Positions 20,722 through 31,918 of a stretch of DNA of 64,000 nucleotides are shown piece after piece. The stretch comes from Acidobacteriota bacterium (GTDB lineage: Bacteria; Acidobacteriota; UBA890; WLXD01), in the NCBI GenBank assembly GCA_965205505.1, contig CBDBHB010000009.1:224001-288000 (forward strand). Direction: 5' to 3'. Both the position numbers and the translations under genes were made by a program. The notes beneath the pieces are model-generated. The model made no database searches, was not told the DNA's origin, and saw only the letters and a list, made by a program, of their open reading frames with translations. Numbering within the stretch: the first letter of the stretch is position 1; each line of letters begins with the position of its first letter.

Positions 20722-22039
20722 CGAGGGAGGGATGCATGCCTACCTGGACGGCGAGTGCACGGCGGCCGAGCGCATCGCGTTGGAGGACCACCTGCGTGGG
20801 TGCGAATCGTGTCGCTCGTTGATTGAGGACGCCGCCGCAACCAGGTCGCTAGCCGCGCAGCTGGTGGGCGAGCTGGCGCCCGAGGTGGATGCACCCGGGT
20901 GGCATGAGATGCTCGATCGGGCCGGGCAAAGCGCCTTGCAGGCACCGCGATCACCGCGCACCTGGCGGCGTGATCTCGCCTGGGCGGCAACGCTAGTGAT
21001 GGCCTTCGGGCTCGGTTGGCAGGCCAACCGAGAGTTCGCGCCCGGGGCGTCGAATCGGCCAGGGGAGATTCGCCTGGCCGAACCGGCGCAGAAGCAGGGC
21101 GCGGAGCTCACCGAAGGCACCTTGGCGCCGCCCACCAGCGCAGTCGGGCCGGCGCCCGACGACCGCTTCGAACGGTCGTCGCGGGTGAACGAACCCGCGC
21201 CGTCGCTAGCCGCCGTGGCTGACGAGGCGGCCGACGACATCGCCGCCGCGCAGCCAGCCCGCCGCGCAGAGCGGGCCGCAGCGCCCGAGCCGCTGTCAGC
21301 AGCGGCTCGATCCGTAGTTGGTGCCGAGGAAGGTCTGCGCGCCGCCGCTCGCCCAGACGAGTCTGTCTCGGGCGAGGTGCGTGGCGGTGCCCTGGTAGCG
21401 GAGCTCCAGGAACGGAGACTCGCGCTGGCAGACCGCGAGGAAGATCGACTCGCGGCGGGGCGCCTGCCGGCACCACCACAAGCGATCGCCTCCGCGGGTA
21501 TCGCTCGGCCCCCGTCGGAGGCCGAAGCGGCCGTTGCCGTTCGCGATTTTCGTGCGAGCGACGAACTGGCCTCGAGGAACGAGCTGACCGCGAGCAGCGA
21601 GCTGGCCGCAATTGACGCGCTGGCCGCCGAGGACTGGCTCGGCGCCCCACCTTTGCAGCTGGTCGGCACCGGCACGGTGGACGTGTCAGTGGGTCCCGGG
21701 GGCGGGCTCCCCGACGCGGCTCGTGGTCGCCCGGTGTTGCGGTATCGCTATGTGCTCGAAGGCGGTGCTCAGGTCACGCTGTTGCAGCAGTACGTAGGAT
21801 CGATGGCCGACGAGGCGGCAGATCTCGATGTCGTGGATGCGTCTGAGGAATTCCGTCAGCTCGAGGCTCCGCGACGCCAGGGCTGGCGCGCCAGCTCTAG
21901 CCTGGAAGACGCCGTGTTCAGTGTTCACCCGGATGGCGACTACATGCTGCGCTGGCAGGATCGGCTCGGCTACCTGGTGTGGCTGCGCGGCGATACCGAC
22001 GAGGCCAGTCTGCGTCGACTGGCTGCCGCAGTGCGCTAG
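20708..22039 (+). CDS. Anti-sigma factor: zf-HC2, one TM, long Ala/Pro/Glu-rich extracytoplasmic region
   Basis: HLRGCESC motif, [15 protein letters not shown]; start overlaps the sigma gene. Confidence 0.85.
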   Translation: MPHVDEGGMHAYLDGECTAAERIALEDHLRGCESCRSLIEDAAATRSLAAQLVGELAPEVDAPGWHEMLDRAGQSALQAPRSPRTWRRDLAWAATLVMAFGLGWQANREFAPGASNRPGEIRLAEPAQKQGAELTEGTLAPPTSAVGPAPDDRFERSSRVNEPAPSLAAVADEAADDIAAAQPARRAERAAAPEPLSAAARSVVGAEEGLRAAARPDESVSGEVRGGALVAELQERRLALADREEDRLAAGRLPAPPQAIASAGIARPPSEAEAAVAVRDFRASDELASRNELTASSELAAIDALAAEDWLGAPPLQLVGTGTVDVSVGPGGGLPDAARGRPVLRYRYVLEGGAQVTLLQQYVGSMADEAADLDVVDASEEFRQLEAPRRQGWRASSSLEDAVFSVHPDGDYMLRWQDRLGYLVWLRGDTDEASLRRLAAAVR

Positions 22040-22472
22040 CGCGCTGGCGACGACCATCGGCGGCGGCATGGGCCTGTTGCTGATTCTCGTCGTGATGCTG
22101 CGGGGCGGAGATCCCGCCGCGCTGCTTACCTTGCTGACCGGTGAGACGGGCGCCGCCACGACGCCGGCATCGCCGCCGACCGGCGGCGACGACGAAGTGG
22201 GTGACTTCGTTGCCCATGTGCGCGGCGATACCGAGGTCGCCTGGGGCGTTTGTTCGCCCGCTCCGGAGAGCGCTACCCGGCGCCGACCCTGGTGCTCTAC
22301 AACGATTCAGTGCAGTCGGCCTGCGGCTTCAGCAGCGCCGCTACGGGTCCCTTCTACTTGTCCCGGTGATCAGAAGGTGTACCTCGACCTGTCGTTTCTG
22401 CGCGAGCTGCAGCGCCTCGGTGCGCCCGGCGATTTCGCCTTCGCCTACGTCATCGCTCACGAGGTCTGCTAG
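22040..22472 (+). pseudogene. YpfJ-like neutral zinc metallopeptidase remnant
   Basis: [25 protein letters not shown] and AYVIAHEV across frameshifts; truncated at both ends. Confidence 0.8.
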
Positions 22473-22477
22473 GACGT

Positions 22478-22810
22478 CTAGCGTCGATAGTTGGCGCCCA
22501 CGATCCCGGCAAGCAGCCACAAGAGCCCGTAGAACGCGTCGTGAAGGAACCCGCCTCCGAGCGAGCCGACGAACGTCGGCACGGCGAACGCCAGACCCCA
22601 CAGCCAACGTGGCGCGCTCAGCCTCACCGACAAGAACTGCGCCATCCCTAGGGCGACGACCGCGATGACGACTGCGATCGCGAGCTCGACCAGCACTCCG
22701 ATCAGGTGCGCGATGCCGAGGAGCGAGTGGGCTAACGCGCCGAACAGCAACAGCACCACTACCCCGAGTACGGTAACGAGCGCCCCCTGCGAGCGCTGTG
22801 GTGCGGTCAT
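22478..22810 (-). CDS. Small membrane protein
   Basis: 110-aa hydrophobic ORF with a GGAG RBS. Confidence 0.6.
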   Translation of the reverse strand: MTAPQRSQGALVTVLGVVVLLLFGALAHSLLGIAHLIGVLVELAIAVVIAVVALGMAQFLSVRLSAPRWLWGLAFAVPTFVGSLGGGFLHDAFYGLLWLLAGIVGANYRR

Positions 22811-22893
22811 GTGGCTCCATCGCGTCGGTGTTTCAGGTTGTCAGCAGTGTACCCCTCGCCGCGCTGGCTCTGAACCCGCTTGGTTCGCGGTAT

Positions 22894-23006
22894 CTAGTGC
22901 AAGTGTCTCTAACTTGGCCTTACCACGATTGACCTTCTGGATGATGTCCTCGGCGCAGGCCGTCCATACGAAGGGCTTGGGGTTGTCGTTGGTGTGCTGG
23001 ACGTAG
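22894..23006 (-). mobile_element. IS630 transposase 3' end remnant
   Basis: Minus strand encodes TNDNPKPFVWTACAEDIIQKV and ends at a CTAG. Confidence 0.7.
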
Positions 23007-23044
23007 TGTCAGGCCGCCTTCCATCTGGCCCCAACTCGCCGTAA

Positions 23045-23078
23045 CCAGACCCACCACACTTTCACCACGGCCTGCTAG
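23045..23078. repeat. CTAG-bounded dispersed repeat, copy C
   Basis: ccagacccaccacactttcaccacggcctgctag. Confidence 0.8.
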
Positions 23079-23085
23079 AGTCATG

Positions 23086-23178
23086 ACCTCTTCCGCTTCA
23101 TCTGTCCTCCTGCTTGGAGGACGACGGTACACCGATTTCCTAAACATCAACCTGGCACCGTTTTCGGGGTTTGGGTCA
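23086..23178 (-). mobile_element. Isolated left end of an IS3-family element
   Basis: 93 bp matching the reverse complement of 46365..46457. Confidence 0.9.
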
Positions 23179-23207
23179 ATCGGGTCCGGCGCTATAACTC
23201 TGCAACC

Positions 23208-24707
23208 ATGACAAGACTCGGGATCTGCCTGGTCGTCGTATCGTTAGCGCTCGTGTCGCCATCGGGTAACGTCACTGGACAGCACGCTGGCCGCCACCGC
23301 CTGATCGGAACCGGTGAGCTGATCGCCCCGGACGGTCGGGGACGATGGCAGGGGTTCACGTCGGAGCTGTCGCCCGAACAGCGTGCGGTGCTCAGCTCCG
23401 ACATCACCGCGGCCGAGTACGCGAGGGTCCACGCTGCGCTCGACGCGTACGAGCGCACCTACGGGTTGCCGCCGGCAACCAAAACTGACATCTCGACCCG
23501 CTACCCCTTTTACCCGCAGGCCGGGGTGCACGAAGGCGACCTGTTCTTTTCTGGCTTCGTCGACCTGGACCCGACTCAAGGAGATGCCGCCATCTTGGAT
23601 TGGAATTGCACCGACTACACCTATGATGGGCACCAGGGACACGACTCTGACGTGCGGAGCTTCGCGTTCCAGGACATCGGGGTGCCGATCTACGCCGCGC
23701 TGGACGGACGCGTGGTCGCTGCTCAGGACGGTAATCCCGACCGCTCGACGACGCTGACGTACAAGCCCGCCAACTACGTCATCATCAGCCACGGAGGCGG
23801 TCAGCTGTCGCTGTACTGGCACATGCGCAAAGGCAGCGTCGCGGTCAAGATGGGCGATGACGTCGTGGCCGGGCAGAGCATCGGCATGACGGCCTCGAGC
23901 GGCTACAGTACCGGACCGCACCTGCACTTCGAGACCTGGGTGAAGCGGTTTGTCATCGAGCCGTTCGCAGGCCGCTGCAACCCGGGCGCCAGCGGCTTCG
24001 TCAAGCAGCTCAAGTTCAAGCGCAACACCTACCTGTTCGACGCCGGGATCACCCACGAAGAGCTCCGTACGCTAACCGATGACGAGCTGCCGCCCGAGCA
24101 ACTGCCCTCGTCGGGCCAGTTTCAGACCGACGATGAGTGCCTCTACATCTGGTTCCTGCTGCAGAACCTACCGGCTAACAGCATCCAGCGGGTGGTGTTC
24201 CGGCGGCCCAACAACTCCGTCGCGTTCGACACTGGCGCGCGTAAGCTCGGCAACATCGAGTTTTCCCACCAAAGCTGGTGGAGGCAGCGCTGGATCGTCA
24301 ACGGCATGCGCGTCTTCACCGGCACCTGGAAACTCGAGCTGCACGTCAACGGCAAGAAGCTCGCCACGATGCCCTATGAGGTCATGACCAAGCGGGATCC
24401 CGAACTGAACCGGGCGCCGGTGGCGCTCAAGAGGGTCAGGTTTCGCAACAAGCCGAAGGCCCGCAGAGTGCCGTTGTGCGAGATCAAGTACCCGCTGGTG
24501 ACCGACGACCCCGACTACGACGTCGTCTCGTACCAGTACGTATGGAAAGTAGACGGCAGGGTCGTACGCGACGTCACCATCGCAGCGCACTCCGACGCCC
24601 TCGCCACCGACCTGTTCACCAAGGGCGACCGCCTAGAGTGCACCGTGACGCCGACGGTCGGCGATCTGCAGGCGGCCAGCAAGTCGGTCCGCTCCAAGGT
24701 GAGGTAG
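23208..24707 (+). CDS. Secreted M23 family metallopeptidase, copy 1
   Basis: Signal peptide, HQGHD (HxxxD), GPHLHFE (HxH), basic beta-rich C-terminal region. Confidence 0.9.
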   Translation: MTRLGICLVVVSLALVSPSGNVTGQHAGRHRLIGTGELIAPDGRGRWQGFTSELSPEQRAVLSSDITAAEYARVHAALDAYERTYGLPPATKTDISTRYPFYPQAGVHEGDLFFSGFVDLDPTQGDAAILDWNCTDYTYDGHQGHDSDVRSFAFQDIGVPIYAALDGRVVAAQDGNPDRSTTLTYKPANYVIISHGGGQLSLYWHMRKGSVAVKMGDDVVAGQSIGMTASSGYSTGPHLHFETWVKRFVIEPFAGRCNPGASGFVKQLKFKRNTYLFDAGITHEELRTLTDDELPPEQLPSSGQFQTDDECLYIWFLLQNLPANSIQRVVFRRPNNSVAFDTGARKLGNIEFSHQSWWRQRWIVNGMRVFTGTWKLELHVNGKKLATMPYEVMTKRDPELNRAPVALKRVRFRNKPKARRVPLCEIKYPLVTDDPDYDVVSYQYVWKVDGRVVRDVTIAAHSDALATDLFTKGDRLECTVTPTVGDLQAASKSVRSKVR

Positions 24708-24963
24708 GCGAATGCGCGAAGGGTAACGCGTCCTGAAGCGAAATCCTCTGGGAGCAACCCGCGGCCAGAAAGAAGGCGGGAGGAACCGTCGACGAAAGAA
24801 GATTACCTCGGAGAATCGCACCAGGCCTCAGCCCTGTTGACACCGGACCAGCGCCGAAATGTTAGATGGATGTTAGATCGTTGAACGTTCAGCTTGGAAC
24901 GTGAGCGTCGAGATCCGGCCTTTTGTCGGTTGGATCTCCTTTGTACAGAGCATCTTACGGGTA

Positions 24964-25018
24964 GTACCCAAGGAGGGACTTGAACCCCCACGGGCTTGCG
25001 CCCACTAGGTCCTGAACC
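24964..25018 (-). pseudogene. 3' half of tRNA-Leu(CAG), att-site duplication 1
   Basis: GGTTCAGGACCTAG anticodon arm, long variable arm, GGTTCAAGTCC T-arm, CTTGGGTAC; no D-arm or 5' acceptor strand. Confidence 0.88.
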
Positions 25019-25962
25019 CTGGCGGTCGAATTTTGGCTGCTTCCGCCTCATTGCGTCTCGTCCCCTAACGCTAGCGGTCACAGTCGTTTACGCTGCTGGT
25101 GGAAGTGACGTCGATCCATCTCATTCTGGCTGGTTTCTGCTCGTCCTGTTACATCCGTGTTACCTAGGCGCGGCTCAGCGGAGCGCGTCAAGCCCGCTGC
25201 CGATGGCGACTCGGAGACTAGGCCTCACGTTGCGGAAGTTCGCCGTGCCTGCCAGCGAGAGGGGTGGAGCGGTGAAACCGAACCCAAGAAAAAACCGACC
25301 GATGACGGACATGCAAAGCAACTACGATCTTGAGTACTAAAAGCAGAAAACCGAAACCGACTCTGCGGAGCTGTCCGAGCTAGACTCCGGGGCTGACGGT
25401 TGGAAGGAGAAGCACGATCAGACCGTGAAAGCGGTGGAATGAGCTCACCGGCTTCCCCACGAAAAAACTATTCGAGAGGCTACGTCCAGAGTCTCTTCGG
25501 AGCGGATCTAGTGGCCGATTTCGGAGCGTACGCTGCCGAGATTTGGCAGAATCTACGCTGCGCACAAGCTCGCTCAGCTTCATGCTGACGCATGGGAATC
25601 GCATCCAACTCTGAGCGCGCACGATTCGCGGCCTTGGACATCAGCACTTGCGGTTGCACAGGAACGGCGAAGGTATCTTGCCGGTGGTCGTTCGACCCGG
25701 CGGCTTCGCGTGTAGCCTGTTGTCGGCATCGCGCCCTATGGCGAAGCTTTGACGGAGCACCGGCTCAAGGGGGCCCGCGCTTCGTGCGTTCAGTTGGAGT
25801 TTAACGGTAACGACGGGCGACGGGGGAACCCGAAGCTCACCGCTCGGCCCCCACGTCTTCGGAGAGGGGTGAATGGCATTCACTGGCCATGCGGTTGACA
25901 TCACCTACGATGGTGAGCCTTAGGGGCCGAAAATGGATCCTAGGTCCCTCAAGGGAGGCCAA

Positions 25963-26742
25963 GTGATAAGTCCACCGAAGCGAGTCTCTGATCGTCTACG
26001 AGTGACCATTTCACGATTCCAGCGTGTCCTCCGTGCCGCCCGAGATCGCGACGTGAACGAGTCCGACACGGTGTTGATCGTGACGGACATGCTCGCCGAC
26101 GTGTTCGGCTTCGACAAATACGCGGAAATCACCAGCGAGCTGGCTATCCGGGGCACCTACTGCGACCTCGCCGTCCGGATCGACGATGTAGTCAACTACC
26201 TTATCGAGGTCAAGGCGATCGGCCTGGGCCTCAAGCAGTCGCACCTCCGGCAGGCCATCGACTATGGTGCCAACCACGGCGTTCCCTGGGTCGTGCTCAC
26301 GAACGGGCTTCGGTGGGAGATCCACCGTGTGCTATTCGAGCGCCCAATCGACCATGAGCTTGTGTGTGAAATCGACTTCCTTGAGCTGCGCCCTAGGAAC
26401 GCTGAAGACCAACAGAAGCTGTTCCTGCTCTGCCGCGAGGGTCTGGCTAAGGCGGCGATCGAGAAATTTCACAAGCACGTGCAGGTAATCAACCGCTTCA
26501 TGGTGGCGGCGATCGTCCGATCCGAGCCGTCGTTGAAGCTTATCCGCCGAGAGCTCCGCCGCGTGGCACCGGACACCAAGACGACAATCACCGAGCTCGC
26601 CGACCTGTTGCCGGAGGTCCTCAAGCGCGACGTGCTAGACGGCGACGAGGCCAAGGCGGCCGCCCGCAAGCTCAAGCGCGCCGCATCGCGCACACTGAGG
26701 AAGGCGACTCAATCTACTACAGTTAGTGAGACTGGCGACTAA
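25963..26742 (+). CDS. Stand-alone HsdR N-terminal-like (PD-(D/E)XK) nuclease protein
   Basis: NESDT, CDLAV, LIEVKA, QAIDY and LTNGLRW motifs; GGAGG before GTG. Confidence 0.85.
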   Translation: MISPPKRVSDRLRVTISRFQRVLRAARDRDVNESDTVLIVTDMLADVFGFDKYAEITSELAIRGTYCDLAVRIDDVVNYLIEVKAIGLGLKQSHLRQAIDYGANHGVPWVVLTNGLRWEIHRVLFERPIDHELVCEIDFLELRPRNAEDQQKLFLLCREGLAKAAIEKFHKHVQVINRFMVAAIVRSEPSLKLIRRELRRVAPDTKTTITELADLLPEVLKRDVLDGDEAKAAARKLKRAASRTLRKATQSTTVSETGD

Positions 26743-26790
26743 GCGGCGTTGGCCCAGCATCACTGCACCTCCCCGCCCTCCACTAGCCGG

Positions 26791-27402
26791 CTACGCGTCT
26801 CTCGACAGTCCCGACGCGATCAGACCGGTAGGAACGGCGACAACGCCAATCCCGAGCAGGACGACGATTCCCGTGAGCACCCGTCCTGCCGGTGTTACTG
26901 GGGTCACGTCTCCGTATCCGACCGTCGTCAAAGTGATAACGGACCACCACAGCGCGGCCGGGATGGGGCTGAAGGTGTCTGGTTGCACGTCGCGTTCGGC
27001 GTAGTACAGAGCGACAGCTGAGACGTAGAGCAGCATGCCAGTACCGACCGCGGCGGCAGCGAGTTCGTGGCGCACTGCGAAGACACCTCGTTTCAATCGG
27101 TTGAGCGCTGTTGCCCTCGACGTGAGCTTCAGCAGGCGCAGCAGCTTCAGCACCCCTGCGTCGAGCACCACGGCAAGAAGATCTGCCACGCCAGCTACGC
27201 TCACTACGTAGCGCCACTTCCTACTGCTCATCACGATGCGCAGCGCGTACTCGATCACGAACCAAACCCGCAACACAGCAGCCGTCATGCGTAATAGCGG
27301 TGCCGATTCTCCGACTGGCATCGTGCTCACCGTGAACTCGATCACAGATGCGGAGACGGCGAAAATCACAACTCGTTCGAACCAGATAATCCAACCACTC
27401 AC
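26791..27402 (-). CDS. Potassium channel (ion transporter), shortened voltage-gated type
   Basis: WWSVITLTTVGYGD selectivity filter; short S4-like LKLLRLLK. Confidence 0.9.
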   Translation of the reverse strand: MSGWIIWFERVVIFAVSASVIEFTVSTMPVGESAPLLRMTAAVLRVWFVIEYALRIVMSSRKWRYVVSVAGVADLLAVVLDAGVLKLLRLLKLTSRATALNRLKRGVFAVRHELAAAAVGTGMLLYVSAVALYYAERDVQPDTFSPIPAALWWSVITLTTVGYGDVTPVTPAGRVLTGIVVLLGIGVVAVPTGLIASGLSRDA

Positions 27403-27480
27403 CGCTCCACCCTCTCGTCCTCCGTGGCCGGGTCCTCGTGCACGCAGGTCGCGGCCGGCGCCAGGTTCGAGTGGCCCACG

Positions 27481-27820
27481 CTACCCGCAGTGGCCAAGCC
27501 CGCTCACCTTAGTTAGCGCAGCCACGACCAGGCCAACCCAGCCCAGAAATAGAATCCCAAGAAAACCGAGGCAACCCTCACTGAAGGTCACCTCATGCTT
27601 GCGCTTCTCTCGCAACTCGTCGAGCTTCAGCACGCAGCCGCTCATTCTCGTCCAGCAGGTCCATGACTTGGCGGCCGTCAAGCTGAACGTCCTCGGTCTC
27701 GTAGCCACGACTCCGCGCGGCTTTTTCCCGTCGAATGCGGATCGCCTCGGACTTGAGGCGGCGCTTTACTTCCGGGTCGCGTGATTGCACGTGGACCTCG
27801 ACGCCAAAGCGGCGAAGGTA
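27481..27820 (-). pseudogene. Frameshifted hypothetical membrane-anchored protein remnant
   Basis: Two overlapping short ORFs: coiled-coil, then a TM segment. Confidence 0.35.
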
Positions 27821-27831
27821 GCTAGATCCTC

Positions 27832-28075
27832 ATGAACGCAGGGCTGAACAAGAATAACAACATCGTGAAGTTCTTGTGCCTTCTCGAGGAGCTGGAATTG
27901 TCTCGTGACTTGATCAAGTCTGGCTTCGGACATCTTCAAGAAATCGATATGGTGAACGACTTTTATCATTTACCGCATCAGCTCATGGCGAGCGGACTAG
28001 AGCGGTTTATGAAATGCTACATAGTTATGGTCTATGATGGACAAAACGGTTCATACCCAGAAAGCGATTACGTAC
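27832..28075 (+). pseudogene. Low-GC hypothetical gene 5' fragment, in frame with the downstream porin
   Basis: AT-richer helical segment (MASGLERFMKC) unrelated to the barrel that follows. Confidence 0.45.
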
Positions 28076-28152
28076 GCCAATTGACCCACATCGGATTGGA
28101 TCGAGCGGGCTTTGTCCATACTCGTACATTACACGCGATCGGAGAAAAACTC

Positions 28153-29532
28153 TTGGTGCAACTCTTTGCTACAACGCTCATCTTCGGGGTCAGCTCAATA
28201 AACCTATCGGTGACCCCTCCGCCGCAGATTTCGCCACCCCAATCGGTTAACACTCAGTCTCGGACGGAAGGCGAGTCGTTACGCGAATGCTCGCTGTGGC
28301 TTGAGTCGATGTCAAGAAAAACAAGCGCCGGACAGACTATCGTGACAGCGTCGGCCGCCACGTCCGCGCCCTCGGAAGTGGTCACGGTGCCAATTACTCC
28401 CGCTGACGAAGTCAGCCTCACTGGCATTAGTAAGGTGGTCTGTGTGCGGCCGGAGACAGTGACGGACGTCGAGTCGGCTGATGATCCCCCGGAACAAACC
28501 GCAAGCAACAGCAATCAGTCGATTAGCTTCACTGGTTTGCTGGATACGTATTTGACGTACAACACCAACGATCCAAACAACGGCCAGAACACACTCTATT
28601 ACACTAACCCGAGTTCGCGTGGTTTCGGTCTCAATCAGGTCAAGCTCGAAATCGACGCATCAAGTGGCGGCCCTATCGGTTTTCGTTCCGACATCTGGTT
28701 CGGTTCGGGTGCCCGTCTATTTCGCGATGGTCTAGAGCCAGGACCATTGGAGGATGTAATCAACTTGCAACAGGCTTATGGCTATTACAAGTTCGGCAAC
28801 GGTGCCGAGCTTGCCGTTGGTTTGTTCGGCACGATCGCTGGTCTCGAGGTCCCAGAATCGCACTTGAATTGGAACTACACTCGCGGCATTCTGTGGGCTT
28901 GGAACGAGCCCTTCTCGCACGTCGGTGCGAAAGTCAGAGTGCCCCTGAGCGACGCTTTTTCGGCCACTTTCATGCTCGTGAACGGCTTCGATAACGCATT
29001 CGATCAAAACTCTGGCAAGTCCTACGGCGTGCAGGGCTCGTTTGCGCCGAGCGACCGGTTTAGTACAACCCTCACCTGGATCCATGGTCCCGAGAACGAT
29101 CTGACCAACGACGGTTGGCTCAAGAACTTGAGCTGGAACGCTTACGGCCGTCTCCACGATCGGTTCGAGGGAGCGGTGAACCTTGACTATGTCCAAGCCG
29201 ACGATCCGGCTGGTGTGAGCTCCACATCTTGGGGAATGGGCGGATATACCCGCGTTCATCTTTCAGATCAGGTCCGCATTGCGAATCGCTTCGAGTTCCT
29301 TAACGATCAGGAAGCTCGTTCGACGGGTATCGAGCAGACCCTGAAGGAATACACGTTTACGTTTGAAGTGCAGCCGGTAAAGGATAATCCGCGCTTCCTA
29401 ACGCGATTTGAATATCGCCGTGACTGGTCGGATGTTGCCTTCTTCGGATGCACTGGCTGCGGCGCATCCGGTCTGAAGACCAACCAAAACACCTTCACGA
29501 TCGGCATGATGTGGAGATTTGGGAAGGTCTGA
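28153..29532 (+). CDS. Putative outer-membrane beta-barrel porin (BBP2/OmpL-like)
   Basis: GGAG RBS then TTG; LQQAYG, G.F.TIAGLE, NWNYTRG, PFSHVG and RFEYRRDWSD motifs. Confidence 0.8.
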   Translation: MVQLFATTLIFGVSSINLSVTPPPQISPPQSVNTQSRTEGESLRECSLWLESMSRKTSAGQTIVTASAATSAPSEVVTVPITPADEVSLTGISKVVCVRPETVTDVESADDPPEQTASNSNQSISFTGLLDTYLTYNTNDPNNGQNTLYYTNPSSRGFGLNQVKLEIDASSGGPIGFRSDIWFGSGARLFRDGLEPGPLEDVINLQQAYGYYKFGNGAELAVGLFGTIAGLEVPESHLNWNYTRGILWAWNEPFSHVGAKVRVPLSDAFSATFMLVNGFDNAFDQNSGKSYGVQGSFAPSDRFSTTLTWIHGPENDLTNDGWLKNLSWNAYGRLHDRFEGAVNLDYVQADDPAGVSSTSWGMGGYTRVHLSDQVRIANRFEFLNDQEARSTGIEQTLKEYTFTFEVQPVKDNPRFLTRFEYRRDWSDVAFFGCTGCGASGLKTNQNTFTIGMMWRFGKV

Positions 29533-29689
29533 TCAATAAGCTCGGCAGCGATGACGCAACCTGGTTCGGAAGCATCGGTGGGAGCATTGTTATGGGGGAT
29601 GTCCCACCGTCCGTTGAACTAAGGCGACGGTGCAGGTCGGGGAGACGATTCTCATGCACTCTGGCGTTGTTTCTCGAGGGTGATCCCAA

Positions 29690-30616
29690 GGTCACGTCCC
29701 GTCAAGTGGTGTACGAAGGTCACTGAGTCGATCCGTACTCATGCACTGATGGCGAGCAGATCCTCCTGTTCGGTTTCGATAGGGACGGGAAAGATGGACT
29801 CGGCAACGACCTCGAGGCTCATGTAGCGACGGGAGACGGCCCATTCGTCGTTCTGCTCGGCGAGCACGGCGCCGACCAGGGGGATCAGCGCCGATCGATT
29901 CGGGAAGCTCCCGACCACATCGGGTGCGTGGACGGACTTCCTTGTTGAGCCTTTCGAGCGGGTTGTTAGACCAGATCTGGCGCCACACGGGCTTGGGGAA
30001 GGCACTGGACGCCAAGAGCTATTCGCGGGCATTGCCGAGCAGCTCGGCCGCCTGTGGGAACCGTGTCTCGAGATGCTCGAGGACCTAGTCGAACTGAGCG
30101 TGGGTGCTCTCGGCATCTGGCTGCGCGAAGATCGAGCGCACTAGCGTGGCCACGGCCTGTTGCGCGGCCTTGGGCACCTTGGCCAGCAGGTTCACCATGA
30201 AGTGCGTCCTGCGCCGTTGCCAGCCTGGATCCAGGCAACGCTGCTCCGATCGCCCCCTTGAGCCCTTCGTGGGCGTCTGAGATCGCCAACTCCACGCCGC
30301 TCAGGCCCCGGCTCACCAGCGAGCGCAGGAACGCCAGCCATCCAGCGCCGTCCTCGGAGGTGATCACGTCCACGCCGAGCACCTCTCGGTACCCGGCGCC
30401 GTTGACCCCGATCGCCATCACCGCGGTGACATTGACCACTCGGCCACCCTCGCGGCTCTTGATCTGCATCGCGTCCAGCCACACGAACGGGTACGGGCCC
30501 GTGTCCAGAGTGCGGTTCCGGAAAGCGTCGACGCTCTCGTCCAGGCTCTTGGCCATCTCCGATACCCGCGACTTGGAGATTCCATCCAGACCCATCGTCT
30601 TGACCAGCTTGTCGAC
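29690..30616 (-). mobile_element. IS256-family element, degraded and 5'-truncated by IS3
   Basis: GISKSRVS, PFVWLDA, ISDAHEGL and IWSNNPLERLNKE motifs; frameshifts and a stop; right end GGTCACGTCCCGTCAAGTGGTGTA. Confidence 0.9.
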
Positions 30617-31918
30617 CAGAGGTGGACCCCGAAATTCGGACAGCTTGCTAAGGTGGAATCCAGACCAAGGAGAAGGAGTCTGGAATGCCACGGAAGAGAC
30701 GAAGTTATCCTGCTGAGCTGAAGGCGAAGGTCGCTTTGGAGGCGCTTCGGGAGGAAGCGACGATGGCGGAGCTGGCAGCCCGCTACGATGTGCATCCGAA
30801 CCTGATCGCCAACTGGAAGAAGAAGGCTCGGCAGAAGGTACTGGCCGGCTTCTCGGGCAAGCAAGAGCGGGATGAGGTCTCTCGGGAGGCGGAGATCAAG
30901 GAGCTGCGGGCGAAGATCGGAGAGCTCGTCATCGAGCGGGATTTTTTATCCAAGGTCTTCGGTCGTTGAGCCGCGGCCGGAGAGTAGCGATGGTTGATCG
31001 CGACCACGCACGGGTCAGCATCGCGCGACAGTGCTGCTTGGTGTCGATCGCGCGCTCGTCGTTCTACTACGAGGGCAAGGGCGAGAGCCCGTTGAACCTG
31101 CGCCTGATGCGGTTGATCGACGAGCAGTTTTTGGAGACGCCGTTCTACGGCTCCCGTCAGATGAAACGCTGGCTACGTCGTCAGGGCTACACGGTCTCTC
31201 GCAAGCGGGTGCGCCGCCTGATGCGGCTGCTGCGGTTGCAAGCTATCTTCCAGCGGCCCAGGACGTCTCAGCCGCACCCGGAGCACAGGATCTATCCCTA
31301 CCTGCTGGGCGATCTGCAGATCACGCGACCGAACCACGTTTGGTGTGCGGATGTGACCTACATCCCGCTGCAGCGAGGTTTTCTGTACCTGGTTGCGGTG
31401 ATGGACTGGGCGAGCCGCAAGGTGCTGTCCTGGCGCCTGTCCAACACGCTCGATGCGAGCTTCTGCGTCGAGGCCTTGCAAGAGGCTCTCGAGCGCTACG
31501 GTGCGCCCGAGATCTTCAACACTGATCAGGGTAGCCAATTCACCAGCGTCGACTTCACCGACGCGCTCAAGGAGGCCGGCATTCGGATCTCCATGGACGG
31601 CACGGGCCGCTGGATGGACAACGTCTTCATCGAGCGGCTGTGGCGATCACTGAAATACGAGCAAGTCTATCTGTCAGAGTACGCGACTGGCTCCGAGGCT
31701 CGGGCCGGGATCGGCTGCTGGATGGACTTCTACAACGAGCGCCGACCGCACTCGTCGCTCGACGACCGGACGCCCGAGGAGGCGTACACTGACGACGGGG
31801 CTGAAAGGAGCCTGGGGCTACGCCCCGTCTCCTGTCAGCCCAAGGCAGCCTGAATCATGAACCCGGATTCCACCTTAGCTGTGACCCAAACCTGTCCAAA
31901 GGATGGGGTCCACCTCTG
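30617..31918 (+). mobile_element. IS3-family element, copy 1 (orfA 30685..30969, orfB 30966..31853)
   Basis: IRs CAGAGGTGGACCCC..GGACAG; DDE core; GGATTTTTTA candidate -1 frameshift site. Confidence 0.95.

Larger units (their letters stand above)
23180..25018 (+). repeat. ~1.84-kb inverted repeat, arm 1 (arm 2 at 56163..57994)
   Basis: Covers the M23 gene, its downstream spacer and the tRNA-Leu fragment. Confidence 0.95.

Noticed and set aside
6668-21675. Many long overlapping or antisense ORFs in the track
   Set aside because: Arg/Pro/Ala-rich shadow frames expected at high GC opposite well-supported genes.
25190-25930. Structured ncRNA upstream of the HsdR_N gene
   Set aside because: Only short hairpins and broken ORF-like stretches; no motif I can support without covariance analysis.
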